Shown: one piece after another, positions 29,807-39,891 of the stretch
Layout: each line of letters starts with the position of its first letter
How positions within the stretch are numbered: position 1 is the stretch's first letter
Assembly (NCBI GenBank): GCA_964446235.1
Contig: CAYUNW010000002.1
Location: 71,609 to 135,608 of the forward strand
DNA from: an uncultured Gammaproteobacteria bacterium
Lineage (GTDB): Bacteria > Patescibacteriota > Microgenomatia > 2-02-FULL-39-11
Reading direction: 5' to 3'
DNA: 64,000 nt
Translations under genes and position numbers: made by a program
The notes under the pieces: generated by a model
Told to the model about the DNA's origin: nothing
What the model saw: the letters and a program-made list of their open reading frames with translations, nothing else
Database searches by the model: none

Positions 29807-30682
29807 TCAACCTTTTACGGCTTCGATTTTGATTTTAGGCAGATCATCCCATGGACCATCGACTTTAAAGTCTTCGCTGGCTCTGGCTTGTAGCCTGACA
29901 AACTCCAAATAATTTCCTTTTTTGCCTCCTGAAGATCCTTGCAACATACAAAGGTCATATATCTTACCTGAAACACCTTTTATCAAAGTATTTAAGGCAA
30001 AATGGGAATAATGGTTCACTGTAACCCTAACCACTTTAGATCTCAATACAGATTCTTTCAAATGGCTTTTTTTAATTGTGGTTTTGAGGTTACCATAACC
30101 ATCAACTGAAGCAAGCATAAAATGAGGTTCGTCCGGTATTTTATTCAAATCAATCGGATTACCGATTCTTCTAAGATTTCCATTTAGTATGTCCATAGTT
30201 GCTTCAGGATAATAATCCCTTGAACGAAATTGGGTACCTACATTGGGGACTTTGACTTCCCAAAGGCCTTTCAGACGGTGCTTGATAAAAGATAAATTAT
30301 AGCCTGCGTTCACTACGAATACTGGAATATTATTATCCAGAATCCCGCAGACAAAATGCTGTCTTTCCTCCCCACTCCAGGCAATATCACCTCTTGGGGC
30401 GGTATTGGAAAATACGACAAAATTTTTATGTTCTGAATGCAAACCTTCCTGGGCAATCCAAAATCCGGTTTCTATTGTGGAAAATCCGAAAACAGGATGG
30501 TCAGTCACGCTTCTAAGCTTATTGAGCCTGTCAAATCTGTAAAAATGGTTACGTACTTCACTGAATGCGTGGTCCGTAGTGTGACCACCACCATAATCAG
30601 CAATAACTTCAATGTGCAAAGATTGAGGTTTAATCCTATCTACAGGTTTATATAACCAGGATCTTAGCTTATTATTTGACAT
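29807..30682 (-). CDS. Divergent DUF62-like (SAM hydroxide adenosyltransferase / halogenase fold) protein
   Basis: 291 aa. Collinear by-eye resemblance to DUF62 blocks: IADYGGG (cf. TDFG), VTDHPVFGFSTIETGFW, FVVFSNTAPRG (cf. VVDPGVG), VVNAGYNL (cf. PDNG), GTQFRSRDYYPEATMDILNG (cf. STFHGRDifAPvAA). Several canonical residues are substituted. Confidence 0.4.
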   Translation of the reverse strand: MSNNKLRSWLYKPVDRIKPQSLHIEVIADYGGGHTTDHAFSEVRNHFYRFDRLNKLRSVTDHPVFGFSTIETGFWIAQEGLHSEHKNFVVFSNTAPRGDIAWSGEERQHFVCGILDNNIPVFVVNAGYNLSFIKHRLKGLWEVKVPNVGTQFRSRDYYPEATMDILNGNLRRIGNPIDLNKIPDEPHFMLASVDGYGNLKTTIKKSHLKESVLRSKVVRVTVNHYSHFALNTLIKGVSGKIYDLCMLQGSSGGKKGNYLEFVRLQARASEDFKVDGPWDDLPKIKIEAVKG

Positions 30683-30768
30683 AAAGATAAACTAAAAAAT
30701 ACTACAATAGAATAAAAATATCAACTCTGTAATTTTTAAATCCTCTGTAATATACTATAAGGTTAAGG

Positions 30769-32034
30769 TCATGTGCCTTCCCTCCAGGTATTGAGATATT
30801 TCTCCTGCTCGCTGGTCAATTCATCAATATTTACTTTTAATTCCTTCAGTTTCCATCTGGCAATTTCAGCATCCATTTGGGCATCAATTTTATAAACAAT
30901 TGGTTTTAAACTTTTACGATTTCTAAGTAAAAAATCAACAGCCAGAATCTGATTAGAAAAACTCATATCCATCACTTCCGCCGGATGCCCTTCGGCTGCA
31001 GCCAAATTGATAAGTCTACCCTCTCCTAATACATATCTGACTGTTTTATCTTTTAAAGTATATTCTTCAACAAATGGTCGGATATATTTTTTGGATATTT
31101 TTTCTTTTTCCAATTTATCTAGGGCAATTTCTACATTGAAATGTCCCGAATTGGCAATAATTGCACCATTTTTCATAAGTTTAATATGTTCAAAAGAAAT
31201 GACGTTTTTATCACCTGTTAATGTAACAAATATATCACCAACTTTTGCCGCATTTTTTATCGTATCTACTTTATAACCATCCATTACTGCTTCCAAAGCC
31301 TTAATAGGATCTACCTCAGTAACGATAACATTTGAACCCATACCTCTTGCCCTCATAGCCAAACCCCGTCCGCACCAGCCGTATCCGCAGACCACAAATG
31401 TCTTACCGGCTAATAAGATGTTAGTCGCCCTTAAGATTCCATCAACGGTTGATTGTCCGGTTCCATAACGATTATCGAAAAGATGCTTTGTATCCGAATC
31501 GTTGACCGCAAATACAGGCAATTTCAAAGAACCATTTCTTTCCATCGCTTTTAACCTAATCACTCCTGTGGTTGTTTCTTCGCATGAACCAATAATTTCC
31601 TTGATTTGATCTTTTCTTTTCGTATGTAATAAAGTAACCAAGTCGGCCCCGTCATCCAGTGTTATTTGCGGATGATAATCCAGAACGGAATTAAGATGGT
31701 TATAATATGTTTTTGTATCTTCACCTTTGATGGCAAATACAGGTATATCAAAATCTCTAACCAATGATGCTGCCACATCATCCTGGGTTGATAAGGGATT
31801 GCTTGCACATAAATATACTTTTGCTCCGGCTTTTTTCAAGCTTATTGCCAAATTTGCAGTTTCGCTTGTCACATGAAGACAGGCTCCGATAATAATATTT
31901 TTAAAAGATTTGTTTCTAGCGAATTTTTCTCCTAAAAGCCTAAGAACACCCATTGATCTATCCGCCCATAAAATTTTTTCTTTTCCTTTTTTGGATAAGG
32001 AAATATCCTTAATATCATATTTTTTGATAGTCAT
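30769..32034 (-). CDS. ahcY: Adenosylhomocysteinase
   Basis: 421 aa. NAD-binding [10 protein letters not shown] motif, plus the SCEETTTG and HFNVEI regions. Confidence 0.95.
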   Translation of the reverse strand: MTIKKYDIKDISLSKKGKEKILWADRSMGVLRLLGEKFARNKSFKNIIIGACLHVTSETANLAISLKKAGAKVYLCASNPLSTQDDVAASLVRDFDIPVFAIKGEDTKTYYNHLNSVLDYHPQITLDDGADLVTLLHTKRKDQIKEIIGSCEETTTGVIRLKAMERNGSLKLPVFAVNDSDTKHLFDNRYGTGQSTVDGILRATNILLAGKTFVVCGYGWCGRGLAMRARGMGSNVIVTEVDPIKALEAVMDGYKVDTIKNAAKVGDIFVTLTGDKNVISFEHIKLMKNGAIIANSGHFNVEIALDKLEKEKISKKYIRPFVEEYTLKDKTVRYVLGEGRLINLAAAEGHPAEVMDMSFSNQILAVDFLLRNRKSLKPIVYKIDAQMDAEIARWKLKELKVNIDELTSEQEKYLNTWREGT

Positions 32035-32048
32035 TTTTTTATAAATTT

Positions 32049-32993
32049 TTATAATGTAAGTTTTTCATTATACCGTTTTTCATATCTTCTGCAAAAATCC
32101 GAATATGAAAATACATGTGTGGTAGTACCGTAAGCTTCAACCGTATAACTGGCACAAACACAACCCATCCGGGCAGACTTTTCTATAGGAAATTTTCTCA
32201 TAAATCCTGCGAGAAATCCTCCTCTGAACGCATCACCTGCGCCCGCCGGATCTGTCGGATAATCAACTTTTATTGCACCTACTTCAAGCTGAACTCCTTT
32301 TACCGACACTAGACAACCCTTCTCTCCCATTGTAGTTATAACAATAATATCTTTATTTTTTGTCAAATTGTGCAAATTTTTAATACCTGACTTTTTTTCC
32401 ATGACTGATATTTCATAATCGTTACCGATAATTATTTTTGCTCCTTTGAATCCGCAAAGAAGGTCCTCTCTTGATAACCAAGGTAATTGCATTCCAGGGT
32501 CAAACATATACGGAACCTTTTTTTTAGTGTATTCTTTTGCAAATTTCAGCATTGTTTTAGGATTATGTGGGGCTATAACTGCAAAATCAACCGGTCCATG
32601 AACATCCGAAATTGATAAATTTTCGGATATTCCATCAGCACCCGTATAAAAACCCCAAATTTGATTATCACTGGAATCGGTAATTCCAAAAGCATTAGAG
32701 GTATACATTGAATCTATAACTTTAATGTTACTGGTATCTATTTTAAAGCTATTCAAAAAAGCAAGATATTCAGAAAAATCTTTACCGACCAAACCGATTA
32801 TAGCAGTTTCAATCCCCAACAAGGCTAAATTATAAGCGATATTACCGGCTGTACCTCCATAAGATCTTCTCATCTTATGGACTAAAAATGAAACGTTCAA
32901 ATAATGAAGTTTATCGGGAATTATATGATCTTTAAATTTTCCGGGAAAATCAAAAATCACATCGTATGCTAAAGATCCGCTTACTAAAATCAT
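32049..32993 (-). CDS. PfkB-family carbohydrate/nucleoside kinase (adenosine kinase-like)
   Basis: 314 aa. [11 protein letters not shown] and [16 protein letters not shown] PfkB signatures. Confidence 0.8.
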   Translation of the reverse strand: MILVSGSLAYDVIFDFPGKFKDHIIPDKLHYLNVSFLVHKMRRSYGGTAGNIAYNLALLGIETAIIGLVGKDFSEYLAFLNSFKIDTSNIKVIDSMYTSNAFGITDSSDNQIWGFYTGADGISENLSISDVHGPVDFAVIAPHNPKTMLKFAKEYTKKKVPYMFDPGMQLPWLSREDLLCGFKGAKIIIGNDYEISVMEKKSGIKNLHNLTKNKDIIVITTMGEKGCLVSVKGVQLEVGAIKVDYPTDPAGAGDAFRGGFLAGFMRKFPIEKSARMGCVCASYTVEAYGTTTHVFSYSDFCRRYEKRYNEKLTL

Positions 32994-33007
32994 TTCTATA
33001 ATCTAAT

Positions 33008-33295
33008 TTATTTATTTACACCACCAAGTAATCCTTGAAGTCCTCCTGATATTTCCGTCAGTTTTTTGGCTGCAACCTCTTGGCTTTTTTTGATGGCTTC
33101 ACCGATAACATCTTTAATCCGATAATCTTCTTCTCCATCAATATGCAATTCTTTTATTTTTTGATCACCAGTCATTACTACTTTGACTCCGCTTCTTTCT
33201 ACAATAACAGTTTCTGCTGCCAAAGCCTGTTGCATTTTAACTGCCTGGTCACGCATGGATTTCATGTCACCTATGGCTTTGAATGGATTAAACAT
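33008..33295 (-). CDS. YbaB/EbfC nucleoid-associated protein
   Basis: 95 aa. Immediately downstream of dnaX, the usual context. QAVKMQQAL...VKVVMTGDQKIKELHI. Confidence 0.85.
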   Translation of the reverse strand: MFNPFKAIGDMKSMRDQAVKMQQALAAETVIVERSGVKVVMTGDQKIKELHIDGEEDYRIKDVIGEAIKKSQEVAAKKLTEISGGLQGLLGGVNK

Positions 33296-33319
33296 AAAAA
33301 ACCTCCTTTTGAAAATTTT

Positions 33320-34396
33320 TTAATCTGTATGACTATATTGGATAATTGCCGCCTCCAAAGGCAATTTGGCATCCAAAGAACCTTTCATATCGATATAAAT
33401 TTTTGAGAACAAACTGATAAGTTTTGCTGTTTCATTGGGTGTCAGCTTACTCTTAAGATCCGAAAATTGGGAATTCAACTCGTCCTTATAAAAAGATACT
33501 AAAACATCATGAAGTAGAAACAAAATTTGACTTACAAAATACCTGAAATCACTACCTTCTTTACTCATTTTGACAATATCAGCAATCATTTCTTTGGCTT
33601 TTTTATCAAGCATTAAATGCAGGAATTTTTCGGCATTTACAGTATAAAAACCCATTAATTTTGATAACTTTTCTATATCGGAAATATTTTCGGTAATTAC
33701 CTGTTCGAGTATTTTGGTGGCATCCCGGAATGACCCATCCGCCAATCCGGCAATATATTCAAGCATTTCATCGTCAATTTTGACTTTTTCTCCTGCAGTC
33801 ACCCTTTGCAAACTGGAAACAATTTCGGAAACAGTAGCTTTGGTAAACGAAATAACCGTACACCTTGAAAGTATGGTAGATATCATTTTTTCCGGTTCAG
33901 TAGTTGCCATTATGAAAATTGCATGAGCCGGAGGTTCTTCCAATGTCTTCAAAAAAGCATTGAATGCTTCTTTCGTCAACATATGTACTTCATCAATAAT
34001 ATAAACTTTAAATCTTGAAGAAATTGGAGCTAATCTGATTTTTTCACGTAATTCCCTAATCTCCTCAATGCCTCGATTTGAGGCAGCGTCAATTTCCAAA
34101 ACGTCCATACTACCTCCAGCAATTATTTCTCTGCATGAATCGCATATATCACAAGGGTCTATATCTTTATATTCAGCTTTTAAAGGATTTAATCTTTTAG
34201 TTAAATCCCGTTTCTGACAATTGATGATTTTGGCAACAATTCTGGCAGCTGAAGTTTTACCCGTTCCTTTGGGTCCGGCAAAAAGCAAGGCATGTGGAAT
34301 ACTTTTGGAAATAAGCAAATTCAATAATCTTTTTTTGACGTTTAACAAATCCAATTCTTCCAGTTTTTGAGGCCGATATTTTCGATAAAGAGTCAT
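33320..34396 (-). CDS. dnaX: DNA polymerase III subunit gamma/tau (short form)
   Basis: 358 aa. YRPQKLEEL, Walker A GPKGTGKTS, zinc module CDICDSC, and SRC motif TILSRC. Confidence 0.9.
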   Translation of the reverse strand: MTLYRKYRPQKLEELDLLNVKKRLLNLLISKSIPHALLFAGPKGTGKTSAARIVAKIINCQKRDLTKRLNPLKAEYKDIDPCDICDSCREIIAGGSMDVLEIDAASNRGIEEIRELREKIRLAPISSRFKVYIIDEVHMLTKEAFNAFLKTLEEPPAHAIFIMATTEPEKMISTILSRCTVISFTKATVSEIVSSLQRVTAGEKVKIDDEMLEYIAGLADGSFRDATKILEQVITENISDIEKLSKLMGFYTVNAEKFLHLMLDKKAKEMIADIVKMSKEGSDFRYFVSQILFLLHDVLVSFYKDELNSQFSDLKSKLTPNETAKLISLFSKIYIDMKGSLDAKLPLEAAIIQYSHTD

Positions 34397-34532
34397 GTTT
34401 TAGATTATGCCCGAAAAATAGATTTAATTCAACATCATAATTCCTATTTAAAACATTGGATTATAGTTTTTATGAGCTTATATGTTTTGGGTAATTTGTA
34501 TACTTAAATATAAAGAATATCTTGTATATCTT

Positions 34533-34925
34533 TTAATCATGATGAATTCCGAATAAATGATCCATTCCGTGAAGTACCAGAAAATTTATCACCTCATCAA
34601 CCGTCTTATGTTCGGCCAATGCATGCTCTATAGCCTGTGGAAATGAAACTACTACATCTCCTAATCTCAATACCCCATCTGGTTTTGCATCGAATGGAAG
34701 TTGGGATTTACTTTCCATCAAAGGAAATGACAACACATCGGTTGTTTTATCAATGTCACGGAATTTTTTATTTAAAGTCCGCATCATTCTGTCTCCAACG
34801 ATGCTTACAGATATCTCGTATGATCCTTTGAGTTTTTTATTTTCAATATAACCAATAATTGCTGATTTGATCTTATCTTTATTAACCCGATAACGGGAAT
34901 CTGATTTTATAAGAATATTTACCAT
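34533..34925 (-). CDS. ybeY: rRNA maturation endoribonuclease YbeY
   Basis: 130 aa. HGMDHLFGIHH zinc-binding motif (HGxxHLxGxxH). Confidence 0.85.
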   Translation of the reverse strand: MVNILIKSDSRYRVNKDKIKSAIIGYIENKKLKGSYEISVSIVGDRMMRTLNKKFRDIDKTTDVLSFPLMESKSQLPFDAKPDGVLRLGDVVVSFPQAIEHALAEHKTVDEVINFLVLHGMDHLFGIHHD

Positions 34926-35119
34926 TATCTTGATTTTTTACGTCTAGAGCGGTTACGTCTTTCTATTTCCTTTTTGAGTTCCTTACGGCTTTCTGCCGGT
35001 TTTTGGTAAAATTCTTTTTTCTTTAATTCCAGAAGCAATCCTTCGGAAATTACTTTCCGGGTAAATTTACGGATAACTGAATCAGATGTATCTCCCGGTC
35101 CTGCTTTTACATAAACCAT
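34925..35119 (-). CDS. rpsU: 30S ribosomal protein S21
   Basis: 64 aa, very basic. Contains IRKFTRKV...EFYQKPAESRK. Confidence 0.8.
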   Translation of the reverse strand: MVYVKAGPGDTSDSVIRKFTRKVISEGLLLELKKKEFYQKPAESRKELKKEIERRNRSRRKKSR

Positions 35120-35232
35120 TGAATTAAAACACCTCCCTTAAATTTAAATCCGATTTTCATGATAGATTGTAAATTAAAAGACGGAAATTTACAAATACTA
35201 CACATATTTTAAACTTGTCCCTTAGAAAATCA

Positions 35233-35580
35233 TTACACAGACCAATGACTGTTTCTGGCAATTTTTGCCAAAAAATGCATATGCATATGGAATACAATTT
35301 GCCCGCTTTCTTTACCGTTATTTATTACAATCTTGAAGCCGTCATCCAATACTTTCAGTTTCATCGCCAGTTTTTGTGATAGCATAAGCATATTTCCCAA
35401 CAAATCCCTATCAGCCGGAGTAATTTTTTGTAAGGATTCGATATGTTTTTTGGGGATTATCAGAAAATGATACTTTGCTTTGGGATTAATATCCTTAATA
35501 ACTAAAATATCATCTTCTTCATATAATTTTTCTGACTTAATTTTTCCTGAAATAATCTGGCAAAAAATACAATCTGTCAT
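35233..35580 (-). CDS. HIT-family (histidine triad) protein
   Basis: CIFCQII N-terminus and HMHMHF histidine triad. Confidence 0.9.
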   Translation of the reverse strand: MTDCIFCQIISGKIKSEKLYEEDDILVIKDINPKAKYHFLIIPKKHIESLQKITPADRDLLGNMLMLSQKLAMKLKVLDDGFKIVINNGKESGQIVFHMHMHFLAKIARNSHWSV

Positions 35581-36425
35581 TTTTCTATCACCTTGATAAT
35601 TTCCTTTAAAGTCAACCCTGTTGGTTTACTCTCTGGATTTTTTACTGAACCGTTTAAAAGCATTTTTTTGGATATATGCAGATACCAGGTTGCTTTAGGA
35701 TCTTTTTTTTTGAATTTAGTATAACAATTAGTAAAATCAGCTTTTGAATCTGGTAAGGCTTTAATTCGGACGTATCCTTTTTTTGGATCCTTTCTCACTG
35801 CCACTACAAAACCTTTTTTTTGGGCCAGCCGTATTGCTTCGTCATTTACAGTTTCAATTGCTATTGCCTGTCCCCACGGCGAACTAAATTCGATACCGTT
35901 TGCTTCTAGTTCATTTTCTGCCCAAACTTTATTTTGTAATGTCTTATAAGCACCATCCAAAGCAATCAGGCCAAACTCCAGCAGTTTTTGCGGCTCGTCA
36001 GGATATAAAAGCTTCAAACCGTCCAAGACAGAAACCAAACCCAAATCATAATAATCAGCAGTTGCGTTGGGATAATATGCTTCCTTAAAGTGATCAATAT
36101 CATTTACCACGTCAAGCAATCTAACCAATGGGTGATCAGGAAAATCGTTTTTCTGTCTTTTCTGTTTCTGGTTTTTTATAAAATCCGCTGTTCTGATTGC
36201 TGCACAGGTATATTCATCCAAATGATGATGATCAAGTAAACCCATACCAGTATCAACATGTAATATATTCTCGTCTGAATCTACAGGCTGGTTGTTCAGA
36301 GTATTACCTGCCGGGACAAAAACCACTTCAGCCTCACCCCAACCAGGTAAAAAACGCTTCAGAAGCCATACACTGCTGATAGCATCTACATCTGGAGCAA
36401 AATGAGTCACTATGGTCTTTGACAT
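35577..36425 (-). CDS. DHH-family phosphoesterase-like protein
   Basis: 282 aa. THFAPDVDAISS (DHH motif I-like) and GLLDHHH (DHH motif III). Confidence 0.5.
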   Translation of the reverse strand: MSKTIVTHFAPDVDAISSVWLLKRFLPGWGEAEVVFVPAGNTLNNQPVDSDENILHVDTGMGLLDHHHLDEYTCAAIRTADFIKNQKQKRQKNDFPDHPLVRLLDVVNDIDHFKEAYYPNATADYYDLGLVSVLDGLKLLYPDEPQKLLEFGLIALDGAYKTLQNKVWAENELEANGIEFSSPWGQAIAIETVNDEAIRLAQKKGFVVAVRKDPKKGYVRIKALPDSKADFTNCYTKFKKKDPKATWYLHISKKMLLNGSVKNPESKPTGLTLKEIIKVIEK

Positions 36426-36473
36426 TTGGAGGTATTTTATAACTTAAAATACTGATTAACAATCCCCGGTAAT

Positions 36474-37907
36474 TTAATAACTTTGGGCAAAAAGCCAACG
36501 GCTTGAGGCTTCTTTACCGCAATATATACAATTACCGATTTCCTTTTTTGAATTCAATGGTAAAACTCTGGTAGTGGCTTTGGTTTCTTTTTTTATTTGT
36601 GTCTCACATTGAAAATCACCACACCAAATAGAAGCAACAACTCCCTTCTTATTTTGTATCTGTTTTTTGAACTGTTCATAAATGTCAATTTTGGTCGTAT
36701 TATCTAACGTAAAATCATAAGACTTCTGATACATCTTTTGCTGAATATCAGTAAGATTTTTGTGAATTTGTTTAATAAATGCTTTTATATTCATATTATT
36801 TTTGATTCCGTCAATTCTTTTCACTACGGTTAAGGTATGACTAGCTACTTCACGTTCACCGACTTCTACTCTTATAGGTACGCCTTTTAGTTCCCATTCA
36901 TTGAATTTCCAACCCGGTGTTTTAGTATCACGGTCATCGACTTTTACTCTGATATTTTGTTTGATAAGTTGTTCCGATAATTCCCGGACATATTTGGTCT
37001 GCTTACCATCGTTTTTGACCGGTATGATAACTACTTGAATAGGTGCAATCATCGGGGGAAGGACTAATCCCTGGTCATCTCCATGAGCCATAATCAATCC
37101 GCCGATGGATCTAGTCGATAAACCCCAGGAAGTCTGGTAGGCATATTCGTTTTCACCATTTCGATTTTGGAATTTTATACCGAAAACTTTGGAAAAATTC
37201 TGTCCCAATAGATGGGAAGTAGCTCCCTGCAGGGCAAGCCCATCAGGCATCAATAATTCCGTAGCATAGGTACTGACACCTCCGGCAAATTTTTCGCTTT
37301 CACTTTTTTTACCGACCATAGGATAAACTGCCAGATAATCAGAATAAATTTTTTTGTACCATTCCAAAGCCTTCAGTGTAAATTCCAGAGCCTCTGACTC
37401 GGTTTCATGAGCAGTATGACCTTCCTGCCATAAAAATTCACTGGTTCTTAAAAAAAGGAACGTCCGTTTTTCCCATCTGACGACATTATTCCATTGATTG
37501 ATAAGTACCGGTAGATCACGCCAGCTGGATATCCATTTAGAATACATATCATACATGACAGTTTCGCTGGTAGGCCGGACAACCAATGGTTCGGCAAGCT
37601 TTTCACCACCCCCATGAGTCACCACTGCTAATTGCGGAGAAAAACCTTCAACATGTTCTTTTTCTTTCTGTAAAAAACTGTAGGGAATGAAAAGTGGAAA
37701 ATAAGCGTTCTCTACTCCAGCCTTTTTAATCATATCATCAAAGGTTTTCTGGATATTTTCCCATATTGCATATCCGTAGGGTCTGATCACCATACAACCC
37801 TTCACTGGTGAATAATCGGCAAGTTCGCTTTTCAAAATAACATCCGTGTACCAGCGATCATAATCGATACTTTTTTTGGTGATTTCCCTTTTTGAGTAAT
37901 TATCCAT
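36474..37907 (-). CDS. proS: Proline--tRNA ligase (archaeal/eukaryote-like type)
   Basis: 477 aa. Class II core without the bacterial INS domain. C-terminal Cys-containing domain ends in a conserved terminal Tyr (...LFAQSY). Confidence 0.9.
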   Translation of the reverse strand: MDNYSKREITKKSIDYDRWYTDVILKSELADYSPVKGCMVIRPYGYAIWENIQKTFDDMIKKAGVENAYFPLFIPYSFLQKEKEHVEGFSPQLAVVTHGGGEKLAEPLVVRPTSETVMYDMYSKWISSWRDLPVLINQWNNVVRWEKRTFLFLRTSEFLWQEGHTAHETESEALEFTLKALEWYKKIYSDYLAVYPMVGKKSESEKFAGGVSTYATELLMPDGLALQGATSHLLGQNFSKVFGIKFQNRNGENEYAYQTSWGLSTRSIGGLIMAHGDDQGLVLPPMIAPIQVVIIPVKNDGKQTKYVRELSEQLIKQNIRVKVDDRDTKTPGWKFNEWELKGVPIRVEVGEREVASHTLTVVKRIDGIKNNMNIKAFIKQIHKNLTDIQQKMYQKSYDFTLDNTTKIDIYEQFKKQIQNKKGVVASIWCGDFQCETQIKKETKATTRVLPLNSKKEIGNCIYCGKEASSRWLFAQSY

Positions 37908-37911
37908 GTTT

Positions 37912-39033
37912 TTAAAATGGTGGGAATTTTGCTTTGGTGACTATCCTGACGATATCATTTATCGTTACCAGTGCCAAAAGGGACAAAAGTATCAACATGC
38001 CAATCTGATGCACTGCTCTTTCCCATCTGGCTTGTAGTTTACGGCCAGTAGCAGCCTCAATGACGACAAACATTAGCCTTCCTCCATCGAGAGCCGGAAA
38101 GGGTAAAATATTTACTATAGCCAAATTAAGTGATAACAGACCCAATAACTCCAAAATTGCTCTCGGTCCGAATTTCACTGCCTGCCCTGTCAATTGGGCA
38201 ATTCCTAAAGGCCCGGCTACTTCCTGACCGACCGGTTGGAAGGAGATCATTTTCCAGATCGTACCGGCTATACCTTTAGTCAACTCCCAGGATAAAAGTA
38301 AGGCTTCTTTCATACCATAAAAGGGTGCCTGTAATGGGGTATATTTTTTCATTTCATAATTGGATATGGATACTCCCATCGGTCCCTCGTTTTCTGGGAA
38401 TTCCTTTCGGGGAATAACCGAAAATGTCAATTCACTTCCGTCTCTTTCTACTACTATCTCAATAGTTTCCCCCAAATGACCGCGGGTTGTGGAGATAAGA
38501 GTTTCCGATTTGCTGATTTCCACTTGGTTTTTGACATTATTTTCATCCGTAAATAAGATAAAGCGCACTATGTCTCCTTCCTGTAATCCTGCTGTCTGAG
38601 CAGGCGTATAAGGCAAAACTTTTTCGATACGGACATTTTTGGTTGGCACCATCACGCCTTGGGTAAATAGATATGATATGATTCCCACAGCCAGCAAAAA
38701 ATTCATCATTACCCCTGCAGAAAGCACGATGGCCCGCTGCCATAAGGGTTTATGGAAAAATGCCCTTTCAAGTAACTCTTTTTTGTGACTTTTGGAGAGC
38801 TTCTCTTCTTCCTCCTGCTCTTCTCCAAGGAGCTTGACAAATCCGCCTATAGGAAGCCAGTTGAGGGAATATATTGTCTCTCCACGTTTCTTGCCCCAAA
38901 TTCTGGGCGGTAATCCAAAACCGAATTCTTCAACTTTGATACCGAAAATTTTGGCACTGGTAAAATGCCCTAACTCATGAATTAATACCAATACCGATAG
39001 AATGAGTATAAATCCGATAACTGTTAACAACAT
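37912..39033 (-). CDS. rseP: RIP site-2 metalloprotease RseP
   Basis: HELGHF zinc motif, PDZ domain, and C-terminal LPFPALDGG. I prefer the ATG at 39033 over the TTG at 39072. Confidence 0.9.
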   Translation of the reverse strand: MLLTVIGFILILSVLVLIHELGHFTSAKIFGIKVEEFGFGLPPRIWGKKRGETIYSLNWLPIGGFVKLLGEEQEEEEKLSKSHKKELLERAFFHKPLWQRAIVLSAGVMMNFLLAVGIISYLFTQGVMVPTKNVRIEKVLPYTPAQTAGLQEGDIVRFILFTDENNVKNQVEISKSETLISTTRGHLGETIEIVVERDGSELTFSVIPRKEFPENEGPMGVSISNYEMKKYTPLQAPFYGMKEALLLSWELTKGIAGTIWKMISFQPVGQEVAGPLGIAQLTGQAVKFGPRAILELLGLLSLNLAIVNILPFPALDGGRLMFVVIEAATGRKLQARWERAVHQIGMLILLSLLALVTINDIVRIVTKAKFPPF

Positions 39034-39247
39034 AGATTCTACTATTGTAAAGTGAATTGATGATATGTTCAAGCAGAAAATTCAGTCTATAAATTCAAAA
39101 TTTAAATATCAATTTCAAATCAAACTCAAAACTCAAAATAACCGTATAAGTGTTTATAAATTTGATCATTTAAATTTGAATTGATTTTAAGAATGTGTTA
39201 TTTGAAATTTATTGGTCCAATTAAATTGGGATTTGAGATTGTAAGGA

Positions 39248-39290
39248 ACTGTTGTTATCTGTTGACTGTTGACTGTTAACTGTTATCTGA
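39248..39290. repeat. Heptamer tandem array (CTGTTGA/CTGTTAA/CTGTTAT)
   Basis: ACTGTTGTTATCTGTTGACTGTTGACTGTTAACTGTTATCTGA, period 7. Confidence 0.8.
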
Positions 39291-39293
39291 GGC

Positions 39294-39857
39294 TTAAATT
39301 TCATTCAGCTCTTTTTCTTTCTTCTCACGAAGCTGATCGGCATGAAGGGTAAATTCATCGGTGATTTTCTGGATTTCTTTTTCATATTCCTTGCGCTCAT
39401 CTTCACCCAGTTCTTTTGCATCAAACTGTCTTTTGATCTGGGCCATCGCATCTCCTCTGGCCTGACGGATCATCACTTTTCCACCTTCTACTTTGACATG
39501 GGCCAGCTTGATATATTCTTGCCTTCTTTCTTCTGTCAGAGTCGGTAAGTTGATCCTGATATTGTTTCCGTCAGGAACACAGGTAAATCCAAGATTTGCC
39601 GCATTTATACCTTTTTCAATATCTTTTAAGGTTGAAGGATCAAACGGGGCAATCAAAATGTTTCGAGGACCATCGGTGGTAATCGTGGCTAGTTCACGCA
39701 CTTTCAAGTGTTGTGTACCTTCATAAGTAGTGATCACTACATTTTCTACCAGAGCCGGAGTTGCCCTACCTGTTCTAATAGTAGCCAAATCATCAATTAA
39801 GACAGTAAGAGCTTTTTGCATTTTCCCTTTTATGTCATTTAAAAAAGCTGTGTCCAT
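39294..39857 (-). CDS. frr: Ribosome recycling factor
   Basis: RTGRATPALVENV, ITTDGPRNILI and TEERRQEYIK motifs. I prefer the ATG at 39857. Confidence 0.95.
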   Translation of the reverse strand: MDTAFLNDIKGKMQKALTVLIDDLATIRTGRATPALVENVVITTYEGTQHLKVRELATITTDGPRNILIAPFDPSTLKDIEKGINAANLGFTCVPDGNNIRINLPTLTEERRQEYIKLAHVKVEGGKVMIRQARGDAMAQIKRQFDAKELGEDERKEYEKEIQKITDEFTLHADQLREKKEKELNEI

Positions 39858-39891
39858 GATCAATGTATAGGATAGCAATATTTTTTGATAT

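Noticed and set aside
34397-34532. SRP (4.5S) RNA upstream of dnaX, a common location
   Set aside because: The sequence is AT-rich, with no GGAA-tetraloop hairpin or conserved domain IV motif.
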